Assembly (NCBI GenBank): GCA_965367815.1
Contig: CBDUKN010000003.1
Location: 68,794 to 132,793 of the forward strand
DNA length: 64,000 nt
Direction of reading: 5' to 3'
Source: an uncultured Thermoprotei archaeon
GTDB taxonomy: Archaea; Thermoproteota; Thermoprotei; Thermofilales; B15-G2
Shown here one piece after another: positions 1 through 8,140 of this stretch. Numbering within the stretch: the stretch's first letter is position 1; each line of letters opens with the position of its first letter. Position numbers and translations under genes: made by a program. The notes under the pieces were generated by a model that did no database searches, had not been told where the DNA came from, and saw nothing but the letters and a program-made list of their open reading frames with translations.

Positions 1-35
1 AGAGAATTCGGTATCTATAAGCTGTACTCAACTTT

Positions 36-290
36 CTAGACTATTACGGGAATATTTGCTTCTCTTAATAACTTTCTGAAAACCGATATGCTTATTTTAG
101 CTATTTTACAAGCTCTCCTAATATCTCCTGTTTCTATGTAGTATTTTAGTGCTGCTTTTATTCTAGGTGGCTGTTTTTCAATAAAATTCCAGTCAGCATA
201 CTTACGCCTAATCTCCCTAAACTCCTCTTCTTCTCTACGGATTTTTTCAAGTAGTTCTTTTTCATAGTCTTTTACTTCAGCTTCAGACAT
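36..290 (-). CDS. UPF0175-like HTH antitoxin, downstream copy in an antitoxin-PIN-antitoxin triad (cassette A)
   Basis: 84-aa ORF whose start overlaps the PIN gene end by 19 nt. The central block EEEEFREIRRKYADWNFIEKQPPRIKAALKYYIETGD is identical to ORF 825..1064. The C-terminal tail (...ISVFRKLLREANIPV) resembles the HTH tail of UPF0175 antitoxins that pair with DUF3368-type PIN proteins. Family name is from memory of the pattern. Confidence 0.6.
   Translation of the reverse strand: MSEAEVKDYEKELLEKIRREEEEFREIRRKYADWNFIEKQPPRIKAALKYYIETGDIRRACKIAKISISVFRKLLREANIPVIV
124..241. repeat. 118-nt perfect direct repeat, copy 1 (inside antitoxin gene 36..290)
   Basis: Aligned by hand: 124..241 matches 913..1030 at 118/118 positions. 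The flanking bases differ immediately on both sides. Confidence 0.9.
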
Positions 291-835
291 TTAATCACCT
301 TATCGATAGCGTATTTTAGATCAGAGCGGGGGAAAATATGCTTTGTGTCGTTTTCATACTCTCTAAATACTCTTTCAACATCTTCTCTCTTTTTCACCTT
401 AATTGTTTTTCTAATAATTGCTTCAGTTAGTACTTCAAGAGCTCTCCACACTACTACGTTTTTCAGTTCACTTAGTGTTCTTGTAGCTAGTAAAGCTCCT
501 CTATTTTCCGTTAAAACTATAGCATTAAGCCTCTGCCCCACTACTAAGCAAATAGCCTCAGGCAAGTCTACTTTCCTTAAAAAAGGCTTCGAGGATATCT
601 TCAATACGAGTTCTTCAGCTTTTCTTAAGTCGAGGGGGGAAGGAGTAAACAGTAACATGTTTCCTTTAGCTAGCTGCGCAGAAACCCATGAAATACTCTT
701 CTCGTCTTCTATCTCAGCTAATACTTGTTCTGGTACTAGTATAGTTTTGAAGATTTCTGTAAGGATACTTCTTCTACGATAGTAGGCCCAGTCGATAATA
801 AAACAGGTGTCAGATATAGCTAGTTTAAGCGACAT
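272..835 (-). CDS. PIN-domain protein (DUF3368-like predicted nuclease), toxin of cassette A
   Basis: 187-aa ORF with N-terminal LAISDTCFIIDWA (acidic PIN residue) and a later D-x-PEA motif. It is flanked on both sides by overlapping small antitoxin-like ORFs and is a paralog of ORF 6312..6818. Confidence 0.65.
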   Translation of the reverse strand: MSLKLAISDTCFIIDWAYYRRRSILTEIFKTILVPEQVLAEIEDEKSISWVSAQLAKGNMLLFTPSPLDLRKAEELVLKISSKPFLRKVDLPEAICLVVGQRLNAIVLTENRGALLATRTLSELKNVVVWRALEVLTEAIIRKTIKVKKREDVERVFREYENDTKHIFPRSDLKYAIDKVIKCLKLK

Positions 836-1064
836 TTGGTATCCCGGCTTTTCTTCTTAGCTCATTCATTTTTCCTACAGTTACTCCAGCTATTCTCGAG
901 GCTACGTAGAGGTCTCCTGTTTCTATGTAGTATTTTAGTGCTGCTTTTATTCTAGGTGGCTGTTTTTCAATAAAATTCCAGTCAGCATACTTACGCCTAA
1001 TCTCCCTAAACTCCTCTTCTTCTCTACGGAACTTTTCTAGAATTTTATTTACTTTTTTCTCCAA
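825..1064 (-). CDS. UPF0175-like HTH antitoxin, upstream copy of cassette A
   Basis: 79-aa ORF that overlaps the PIN start by 11 nt. It has the same central block as ORF 36..290 but a different C-terminal tail (GDLYVASRIAGVTVGKMNELRRKAGIPNVA). Confidence 0.6.
   Translation of the reverse strand: MEKKVNKILEKFRREEEEFREIRRKYADWNFIEKQPPRIKAALKYYIETGDLYVASRIAGVTVGKMNELRRKAGIPNVA
913..1030. repeat. 118-nt perfect direct repeat, copy 2 (inside antitoxin gene 825..1064)
   Basis: Identical to 124..241 and lies 789 nt away in direct orientation. The PIN gene sits between the two copies. Confidence 0.9.
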
Positions 1065-1178
1065 GAGGTTCCCCAGTAGACATTCTTTTTTCTCTAATTA
1101 ATTTATTTGTTGCTTAAAGGAAACCCCTAAATTCCTTTTCTAGTCGAAGAATATTACTTTATTTTGTATTGAAAATAA

Positions 1179-1638
1179 TTGAATGGTGAGAGTATCTCGG
1201 GTAAAGAATTAAGAATTTACCGCGACACTTTAATGGCGGTTATGGGTCATATTCTAGTAATGCTTTATGACGAAGAGGCTTTAGATATGTTATCGGACTG
1301 GCTTTACCGTAAGAGAAGAGTGGAGAGAAAAGTCTAAAGCTATTAAAGATAAAAGTGCGGAATTTTTTTTAAGATTCTTTAGTAATGAAGCACATGAATA
1401 TGAAATTGTTAGAAAAGATAAAGATGTTTTAGAAGTTAAAGTCTACAAATGTATTCACGCAGAGGTATTTAGAAAACTAAACGCCACGAATATAGGCTAT
1501 AAGCTAATATGTAGAGGAGACGATGCTGCAACAGAAGGATTTAGCCCGGATATAGAGCTTATACGTCCTAAAATTTTAATGAAAGGAGACGACTGCTGCC
1601 ACTTTATATGGAGACGTAAAAAGAGAGCCGAAAGCTAG
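1179..1638 (+). pseudogene. Frameshifted gene, possibly of the L-2-amino-thiazoline-4-carboxylate (ATC) hydrolase-like family
   Basis: Manual translation gives two frames. Frame 1 (1179-1337) reads ...ESISGKELRIYRDTLMAVMGHILVMLYDEEALDMLSDWLYRKRRVERKV*. Frame 2, open from 1285 to the stop at 1636-1638, reads KAIKDKSAEFFLRFF...VYKCIHAEVFRKLNATNIGYKLICRGDDAATEGFSPDIELIRPKILMKGDDCCHFIWRRK. The C..H..F / C.GD / G..C.F pattern recalls Pfam ATC_hydrolase. One frameshift lies near 1320-1337. Confidence 0.45.
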
Positions 1639-1647
1639 CGTAGGCGC

Positions 1648-2721
1648 TCAAGGTACTATTTCGACTGTATTATTGAATGGAGGATACTTAATATCGTTCA
1701 ATGAAACAACGCCTGCTTTCAGAGACTCAGCAATTTTAATACATGCTTTCTTTAAGAGGTCTATTAAGTACATTGTTGTGCTACAGACTTTTCTAAAGCC
1801 TTTTTCTCCCCAAAGTCTCTCTACGTGTGCATAGAGACATCGTCCTCCACAGTAATCTAAATAAGAGCACTGGGTGCAAGGGGGTCCTATATAATACTTT
1901 TTAAGGGTTCGAGGTGTATCGCGGGAAATATGGCCTGCTTCAGCCCACTTCTCGTATACTGCTATAGGGCAGGCTAATATTCTCCCATCTGTAGAGATAG
2001 CATAAGCTGAAACGCCGGCTCCACATGGAGGTTTCTCGAGAGGAGTTTTTGTTAGAATAGCATAAGCTATTGCTTTAAACGGCGCTATTCCAGGCACGGT
2101 TCCCTTCTCTATTTCACTAGTCCAGTACTCTATTAGCTTAGCTAAGCCAGGCATATATGTTGAATAGAGCCATTTATCGAAGTTTCGCCACCTATTGCTC
2201 CAAATTACGTCAAGCTGCCAGTGCACGTGATCGAACAGCTTTAGTGAAAGAAGATGCATTACATCTCGGTAAATATCGCTTTCTTCACTTACAGCCATTC
2301 TGGCAATTAAGTCTCCCTTAAAGCCTATTTTCCTCAACCACTTAGCTGCGGCTAATACTTTGTCGTAAATACCCCTGCCTCTATAGTAGTCTGTAACTTC
2401 TTTAACTCCGTCAATTGAAAGCAATACTGCGTCAAAACGTCTCCAATATTTCTCGTGAAGCCTATGTACGAGAGTAGCGTTAGTCTGAATAACGTATTTC
2501 GCCCAGCCAATAGAATCCATTACTTTCTCTATAAAGACATGATTTAAGAGTGGCTCGCCTCCATAGAAAGCAATAATGGGATCTGGGTCTTCTTCAATAA
2601 ACTTAATGAGGTCTCTCAAAGAATACTTTATCTCCCAAGGAACTACTTCAGGCGGAAAACTTCCACCACAGTAAATACATTTTAAGTTACATTGACCAGT
2701 AGTAAGTACTATATATAACAC
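1648..2721 (-). CDS. Radical SAM enzyme with C-terminal SPASM domain (AF0577/TIGR04084-like putative peptide-modifying enzyme)
   Basis: 357 aa. The N-terminal CNLKCIYC is the CxxxCxxC radical-SAM cluster motif. The C-terminal Cys-rich segment (PPCGAG...ILACP...CTQCSYLDYCGGRC) is typical of SPASM auxiliary clusters. Confidence 0.85.
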   Translation of the reverse strand: MLYIVLTTGQCNLKCIYCGGSFPPEVVPWEIKYSLRDLIKFIEEDPDPIIAFYGGEPLLNHVFIEKVMDSIGWAKYVIQTNATLVHRLHEKYWRRFDAVLLSIDGVKEVTDYYRGRGIYDKVLAAAKWLRKIGFKGDLIARMAVSEESDIYRDVMHLLSLKLFDHVHWQLDVIWSNRWRNFDKWLYSTYMPGLAKLIEYWTSEIEKGTVPGIAPFKAIAYAILTKTPLEKPPCGAGVSAYAISTDGRILACPIAVYEKWAEAGHISRDTPRTLKKYYIGPPCTQCSYLDYCGGRCLYAHVERLWGEKGFRKVCSTTMYLIDLLKKACIKIAESLKAGVVSLNDIKYPPFNNTVEIVP

Positions 2722-2933
2722 AGCTAGCTGTGAAAAACAAAATTTATTTCTTGCGTCTAACTACCTTATATTCCAGTCACAACTTTAATGAGCAAAATCT
2801 TACAATTTATTTTATTTAAATAAGTTAATGTCAAGCAAAGTGTATTAAATATAGGTTTTTATAAGCAAACATTAGCTTAATTTTATTCAAGTATAGATAG
2901 AAATAAATAAGTTGTGTAGCTAAAGTAAGTGTT

Positions 2934-3962
2934 ATGGTTTCCGCGGAATTTAAAAGAATTAAGCTTATCTTTGCGCCTAGAACAGTAGTCACTTTTTCTA
3001 ATAGAATTGAAGAATTGAAGAAATTACTGAATCTTGCTCGCAGGGGGCATGCCTTTCCAGTAGTAGTATTTGGGCCCGAAGGATGCGGTAAAACAGCATT
3101 GCTTAAGCAGCTGGTATTATTGTTGAAAGAAGAAGGTATAGAGGTAGTTTATGTGGATACTTTAGAGGAAAATATAGATAGAGCAATATTAGCTTCGCCA
3201 GAATTAAAAGAAGCATTAGTTTCGCTTTCAGAGGCCGTTATGGGGCCTTTAGGGAAAACATTAGCATATGCAGCAATAGCTGTAGTATCAAAGATTCTTT
3301 CTAAAGTAAAGAGTGAAAACTTAGTAATTATTGTGGATGAAGTCTTTCAAGCAGTAGGTTTAGATAACGCAGCCATATATATTAAAAAGGCTTTAAATTT
3401 GCTTGAGTATCCTCCTGACTTACGTAAAAGAATACTAATTATTCTCACAACATCGGAGGGAATTTCTCGAAAAGAAGTAGCTAGACATGGGTGGGCTGAT
3501 ATAAAAGAGATATGGAATTTAAGTTTCACTGGACTAAAAGAACTTTATGACCAGCTACCAGAGCCAAAGCCGGACTACAGTCAAGTATGGAGAATTACTG
3601 GAGGAAATCCTCGTATACTAAAACAATACTATATTAGAGACTGGAGTGTAGAAAATCTCATTAAGTGGCTTATAGTGGAAAGAGGCTTAGAAACAGAGAT
3701 TGCTAAAATAGTAAAAGAACACGGAAAAACTCTACTGATCGAGGGATTAGAGGATCCCGACCTACTACTTAACGATTATCAGCTTTATTTAAAGCTCGAA
3801 AAACTAAACTTAATAGTAGATCTTCATGACAGAAGCTATAGCGAAGGGTGGATAGGAGCACCACCGCCTAAAAACCCGGAACTAGGTGTAGGAAATAAAA
3901 TAGCTTGGCAAACACCTTTACATAAGGAAGCTGTACAAAAAATTATTCAACAAATAGCATAA
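2934..3962 (+). CDS. Archaeal ATPase family P-loop NTPase (Arch_ATPase-like)
   Basis: 342 aa with Walker A VVVFGPEGCGKTALLKQ and Walker B LVIIVDEVFQ. The N-terminal F..R..E...L context is typical of PF01637-type archaeal ATPases. Confidence 0.7.
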   Translation: MVSAEFKRIKLIFAPRTVVTFSNRIEELKKLLNLARRGHAFPVVVFGPEGCGKTALLKQLVLLLKEEGIEVVYVDTLEENIDRAILASPELKEALVSLSEAVMGPLGKTLAYAAIAVVSKILSKVKSENLVIIVDEVFQAVGLDNAAIYIKKALNLLEYPPDLRKRILIILTTSEGISRKEVARHGWADIKEIWNLSFTGLKELYDQLPEPKPDYSQVWRITGGNPRILKQYYIRDWSVENLIKWLIVERGLETEIAKIVKEHGKTLLIEGLEDPDLLLNDYQLYLKLEKLNLIVDLHDRSYSEGWIGAPPPKNPELGVGNKIAWQTPLHKEAVQKIIQQIA

Positions 3963-3974
3963 AACAATAGAAAT

Positions 3975-5048
3975 TTATACTGCTAAATATTCTGCTACAT
4001 ATATATGTGCTGGAGTTTTAGACGGCTTATATATGATCCTCGCTAATAGGGCTTCATGATTTACTTTCTCTTTAAGTAACTTATTCCCGAGTACACTAAC
4101 AGTATCGTATTCTTCCCATGTTCCTGATAGAGTGTATATTTCGATGCGGAGTGTTCCAGGAGCACTTGCCTTGAAGAGTACTGTTTTATTCTTTAAGTCG
4201 TAGGCGGGTACTGGATGGCTTATTATTTCGCTTTCTATAGTGCTTCCCGCTAATGTTTCATCTGAGCCATATTTACAGAACTTTAAAGCAAACTTTGGCT
4301 CAGGGTTTCCTGGAAGAACTCTTAGGTTCCATGGATGTAGGTCTTCCCAAACGTATTCTCCTTCAGGGCATCCATCGATGTCTAGCAGTATAGAGAGATG
4401 TGTTGACGGCTTTACTGGAGCTAGTGCTACCGCGTAGGGAGGCTTGTTTGTAATCACATGTTTACCTAAGTTGTGTTCTGGGTAGAGTATTATGCCTCGT
4501 ATTTTCCCGTCTATTAGCCAGACTGCCATAGACCTGTATACGTGTATAGAGTACACGTGTCTTTTCTCAGCATAGTCTAGGGGAAATCCGGGTAGCTCTA
4601 CGCAGACTGGCTCAGGAAATGCTCCAGCGCACGCAGCTAAGCTTCCAGGCGTTCCCGGCACAAATCTGTAATGTATTACTCCTCCTCCGAACAAGTCTTC
4701 TATTTCGAAGCCAAACCAGAGTGTCGGTCCTTTAGGCCAGGGTGGGAGCTTTACAGTGAGGTCGAAGACTCCGTAGGGGAAAGTGTCTTTAGATCGGAGA
4801 GATACTGTGACTACTTCCTTGGGCTTAATGTACGCAGCTTTAGTGAACACTGTGTACTGTTTTTCACGATAGTCGAAAAGCCAGTACCGTGAAGCCTTAT
4901 CGAGAATAAATTCTTCGCCAAAGTCTTCTCCTCCACGTCTCCTTATCCAGCAGTAGAAGATCTCATCTACGCTTTCATGCATAAATCTAGCTAGCCTTAT
5001 TCCTCTGTGGCTCATGTAGCATTTTCTTTCAGAAAGTATATATAACAA
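3975..5048 (-). CDS. Hypothetical protein, beta-rich (possible jelly-roll/lectin-like fold)
   Basis: Long 357-aa ORF with a non-repetitive composition. I recognise no motif with confidence. The true start may be the internal Met at 5015 (MSHRG...). Confidence 0.45.
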   Translation of the reverse strand: MLYILSERKCYMSHRGIRLARFMHESVDEIFYCWIRRRGGEDFGEEFILDKASRYWLFDYREKQYTVFTKAAYIKPKEVVTVSLRSKDTFPYGVFDLTVKLPPWPKGPTLWFGFEIEDLFGGGVIHYRFVPGTPGSLAACAGAFPEPVCVELPGFPLDYAEKRHVYSIHVYRSMAVWLIDGKIRGIILYPEHNLGKHVITNKPPYAVALAPVKPSTHLSILLDIDGCPEGEYVWEDLHPWNLRVLPGNPEPKFALKFCKYGSDETLAGSTIESEIISHPVPAYDLKNKTVLFKASAPGTLRIEIYTLSGTWEEYDTVSVLGNKLLKEKVNHEALLARIIYKPSKTPAHIYVAEYLAV

Positions 5049-5117
5049 ACGTTAGCAGAAAGTTTCTTACACTAAAACTCATTTATAGCTGAGTCAAGAA
5101 GAAAAAGCGGCGAGTAA

Positions 5118-6047
5118 ATGCTAGAAAAGAGGCTTTTTTACCTTATTATAGACCAGTTTCCAGGACACTGGGCTGAAGGAATATACGTCGACGAAGAAAA
5201 GAAAATTCCTCCTGTAAATGTCTTAGACTACCATGAGAGAGGACTAATACCTAATTTCTCTGAACTAATAAAAACAGGGATATGGATCAAGAGACCATGG
5301 AATAGAGGAGTCTGCAAAACGGGGTATGGTCTGAAATACTTGTCTACAGGAACATATAATACTAAAGTAGATGTAGGTTTCTTCGAATATGTAGCAAATA
5401 ATTATGAGAAAGCTAAAGTAGCTACTTTTTTCACACTCCCTTGGGGTACAAAAGGATACCTTTATGTGCCAGGCTACATGATTAGCTTGCCACCATACTA
5501 CCCTGATGACATAATGTGGAGAGATTTCGTGGAACCCTATCTCAAAGATCATTCTGACTGGGACATAGTATGCGTTTATTTCCCGACAAACGACCAAGTA
5601 CTCTTCTGTCCATCATATCAAGAGAAAAATGCTCACCCTAAATCTTCTAAACACGCCTACATGCTCTACTTAGATAAACTGCTAGGAGAAATAGTTAAGC
5701 TACTTAAATGCGAAGGCTACTGGAAAGATACAGTATTCGTAATAGCGTCAGACCACGGTTATCATCTTGGATGTGAAGTCTGCTATATGAAAGGAGCAAG
5801 AACAGCGAACTTTGTCTACGACCACATAGAGCCATATGACTGCTACATATGGGATTTTAAGGAAAATAAGAAAACAGTAAAGTACAGCGGCGGACCTAGG
5901 AGAATAACATTCATAGTGTCTGGAGAAGGACTTGAGGGACATTTAAGAGGAACTATCATTGAAGAAGCAGAGATAATTGATGTAATTCCAACAATAGCTA
6001 AACTACTCAATATACCCTACAAGTGTGAAGGAAAAAGTGTAGTGTAG
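5118..6047 (+). CDS. Alkaline-phosphatase superfamily protein (type I phosphodiesterase/nucleotide pyrophosphatase- or sulfatase-like)
   Basis: 309 aa with N-terminal LIIDQFPGHW and C-terminal VFVIASDHGYHLG (the SDHG motif of the AP superfamily). No C/S-x-P-x-R sulfatase signature was found. Confidence 0.6.
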   Translation: MLEKRLFYLIIDQFPGHWAEGIYVDEEKKIPPVNVLDYHERGLIPNFSELIKTGIWIKRPWNRGVCKTGYGLKYLSTGTYNTKVDVGFFEYVANNYEKAKVATFFTLPWGTKGYLYVPGYMISLPPYYPDDIMWRDFVEPYLKDHSDWDIVCVYFPTNDQVLFCPSYQEKNAHPKSSKHAYMLYLDKLLGEIVKLLKCEGYWKDTVFVIASDHGYHLGCEVCYMKGARTANFVYDHIEPYDCYIWDFKENKKTVKYSGGPRRITFIVSGEGLEGHLRGTIIEEAEIIDVIPTIAKLLNIPYKCEGKSVV

Positions 6048-6087
6048 CCAGACAGAAATATTTAGTTCATAATGCTTAATTAAAGAC

Positions 6088-6312
6088 GTGAAGATAGAAG
6101 AGTATTTGAAAGAGCTTGAGAAGGCTCGTGAGTTTCGTAGACGTATGGCTGACTGGAAGTATATTGAATCAAGGCCAGAACCACTAAAAACAGCCCTAAA
6201 GCTTCTCGTAGAAACAGGAGATCTATGGTATTCTGCTACAATGACAGGAATACCTGTTGACTTGCTTAACGAGGAAAGAATTAAAGCAAAAATACCGCTC
6301 ACGGTGATTTAG
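6088..6312 (+). CDS. UPF0175-like HTH antitoxin, upstream copy of cassette B
   Basis: 74-aa ORF. Its stop overlaps the GTG start of the PIN gene (TAGTG). The central block ELEKAREFRRRMADWKYIESRPEPLKTALKLLVETGD is identical to ORF 6808..7110. Confidence 0.6.
   Translation: MKIEEYLKELEKAREFRRRMADWKYIESRPEPLKTALKLLVETGDLWYSATMTGIPVDLLNEERIKAKIPLTVI
6110..6221. repeat. 112-nt perfect direct repeat, copy 1 (inside antitoxin gene 6088..6312)
   Basis: Aligned by hand: 6110..6221 matches 6908..7019 at 112/112 positions, with mismatches immediately outside. Confidence 0.9.
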
Positions 6313-6818
6313 TGGAGTTAGCTATAGTAGATACATGTTTTCTAATAAACTGGGCTAAATTCAGACAGAAAAACGATATATTTAATATTTTCTCAAAACT
6401 AATCATACCATCTATTATATATACTGAAGTGAGAAGTGAGTCAGCACGAAGCTTTATAGCAAGACTTATGGCTGAGAAGCGGATTCTCCTTGCTCCGCGA
6501 ATAAGTCAAGTAGATATCCTCGCTTTAAAGATCTACGATTTGATAAACTCTCATCCATCTCTTCCTTCAATAGATCCTCCGGAAGCATACGCTTTAGCTT
6601 TAGCCAAGTATCTAGAGAAACCTCTGCTAACGGATAATGCTTCACCCAGACTAGCAGTAGAGGTGATAAATGAAGTTAAAGGAGTGAGAGTCTATGATTC
6701 TTTAATGCTTTTAGCTAAACTATATAAAGGTAATCTGTTCAGAAGAAAGGTTAAAGAATTTATAGAAGATACACATATATTTTTCTCAGAAAAAAGGCTA
6801 AGAGAATATGGACTCTGA
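6312..6818 (+). CDS. PIN-domain protein (DUF3368-like), toxin of cassette B
   Basis: 168 aa with a GTG start. Contains LAIVDTCFLINWA and D-P-PEA motifs. It is a paralog of 272..835 and is flanked by antitoxin-like ORFs on both sides. Confidence 0.65.
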   Translation: MELAIVDTCFLINWAKFRQKNDIFNIFSKLIIPSIIYTEVRSESARSFIARLMAEKRILLAPRISQVDILALKIYDLINSHPSLPSIDPPEAYALALAKYLEKPLLTDNASPRLAVEVINEVKGVRVYDSLMLLAKLYKGNLFRRKVKEFIEDTHIFFSEKRLREYGL

Positions 6819-7110
6819 GGAATTAAAGTATTTTAAGAAAGTAGTTGAAGAAACTGGGCTCACTATAAACTGGAAGCTCTTTGAAAAAAGGATTAAGGAG
6901 CTTGAAGAAGAGCTTGAGAAGGCTCGTGAGTTTCGTAGACGTATGGCTGACTGGAAGTATATTGAATCAAGGCCAGAACCACTAAAAACAGCCCTAAAGC
7001 TTCTCGTAGAAACAGGAGACTTAAAAAAAGTATCTTATCTTTACTCTATACCGCTAGATACTTTAAATGAAGAAAGAATTAAGGCAAGAATACCTATTGT
7101 TGTAGTATAA
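6808..7110 (+). CDS. UPF0175-like HTH antitoxin, downstream copy of cassette B (N-terminally extended)
   Basis: 100-aa ORF overlapping the PIN end by 11 nt. It has the same core as 6088..6312 but a different tail (GDLKKVSYLYSIPLDTLNEERIKARIPIVVV). Confidence 0.6.
   Translation: MDSEELKYFKKVVEETGLTINWKLFEKRIKELEEELEKAREFRRRMADWKYIESRPEPLKTALKLLVETGDLKKVSYLYSIPLDTLNEERIKARIPIVVV
6908..7019. repeat. 112-nt perfect direct repeat, copy 2 (inside antitoxin gene 6808..7110)
   Basis: Identical to 6110..6221 and lies 798 nt away in direct orientation, bracketing the PIN gene. Confidence 0.9.
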
Positions 7111-7251
7111 TATCATAGACTTTGATTATCATTAAATTGTAATTAAATGTCAGCAAAATCAGACTATCTTTTGTGACATAAACTGAATGTAGTTTACTAA
7201 ACTGCTTACAGAGAAGATTAGTTATTTAAATATTAAACCGATTAATTAAAC

Positions 7252-8140
7252 ATGAGTATATATGAAAGTCTTCTAAGAGAGATTAGAGCATTACCCACAG
7301 TAGGTGCCCACGAGCACTTAGCACCGAAAAAGTCAGGCTTTCACTTAAACCCGATGTATGCTTCCTTTTCTCACACTATTCTGTAAACGACTTAATTTCA
7401 GCTGGCTGTCGTCCATGGGGTATATCTGCTCGAGAAAGATGAAAGCTAATACATTTTCTGAGAAATACTTCTATATCTTTAGAAGAGCGCTTTAAAGTAA
7501 TTGAGCCTTACATTAAGTATATAAAGTATGGCACTTACTATAGAGCGCTTAAAATAGCGTTGAAAGAGGTGTATGGCTATGATGAAGTAACTGGAGCAAC
7601 TATAAAGAAATTTCTAATAAAATGAAGGAGGAAAAAAGCCTAGAATATATGATAAAATTCTTGTAGAAAAATGTAGAGCAAGATATGTCTTACCTCAGTG
7701 GAGCGAACTATGTGATGATTTCAGGCAACTAGACCCAAGACACAACATACCTTTATTCCAAAAGTACCTTGAGACGAAGTTCGATTTATATCATATGGGC
7801 ATGCCTTGGGTACGTGACACTGCCTTTATAGCCAAAAACTACCACAACGTGTACTTGAATTTATGCTGGAGTCACATAGTTTCCTCACATATGACTGTAT
7901 CAGGGCTCCTAGAGTACTTTGATATTGTTCCAGTCAATAAGATAATAGCTTTCGGCGGCGACTACACAGTCTACTCTCTCGAGAAAAATTGTAAGTCACT
8001 TAAGAATAGCTGAAGAAAATATCGCTGAGGTATTAACTAAACTAGTAGAAGAGAGGAGGATAAGCGGCTTAAATGAGGCAGTAGAAGTCGCTAAAATGCT
8101 GTTCTATGAAAACCCTGTCGAGATCTATGGACTTAAGTAG
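7252..8140 (+). pseudogene. Amidohydrolase-family (Amidohydro_2-like) gene disrupted by multiple frameshifts
   Basis: Manual translation needs at least 4-5 frame changes. The pieces are MSIYESLLREIRALPTVGAHEHLAP... (metal-binding HxH); FLFSHYSVNDLISAG...; NTSISLEERFKVIEPYIKYIKYGTYYRALKIALKEVYGYDEV...; KPRIYDKILVEKCRARYVLPQW...NVYLNLCWSHIV...IIAFGGDYTVYSLEK; and VSHLRIAEENIAEVLTKLVEERRISGLNEAVEVAKMLFYENPVEIYGLK*. Only a 72-aa piece appears in the ORF track. Confidence 0.6.

Noticed and set aside
345-782. 145-aa plus-strand ORF.
   Set aside because: It lies entirely antisense to the well-supported PIN gene 272..835 and has a Ser/Thr/Leu-rich low-complexity translation typical of a shadow ORF.
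1648-6047. Idea that the radical SAM/SPASM enzyme is an anaerobic sulfatase-maturating enzyme for the AP-superfamily protein 5118..6047.
   Set aside because: The AP-superfamily protein lacks the C/S-x-P/A-x-R formylglycine target motif. The two genes are on different strands and transcription units about 2.4 kb apart.
36-7110. The two inverted TA triads as termini of a mobile element.
   Set aside because: The A and B cassettes are diverged at nucleotide level, so they are not inverted repeats. No integrase or transposase is present and I see no target-site duplication. I kept this only as a low-interest positional note.
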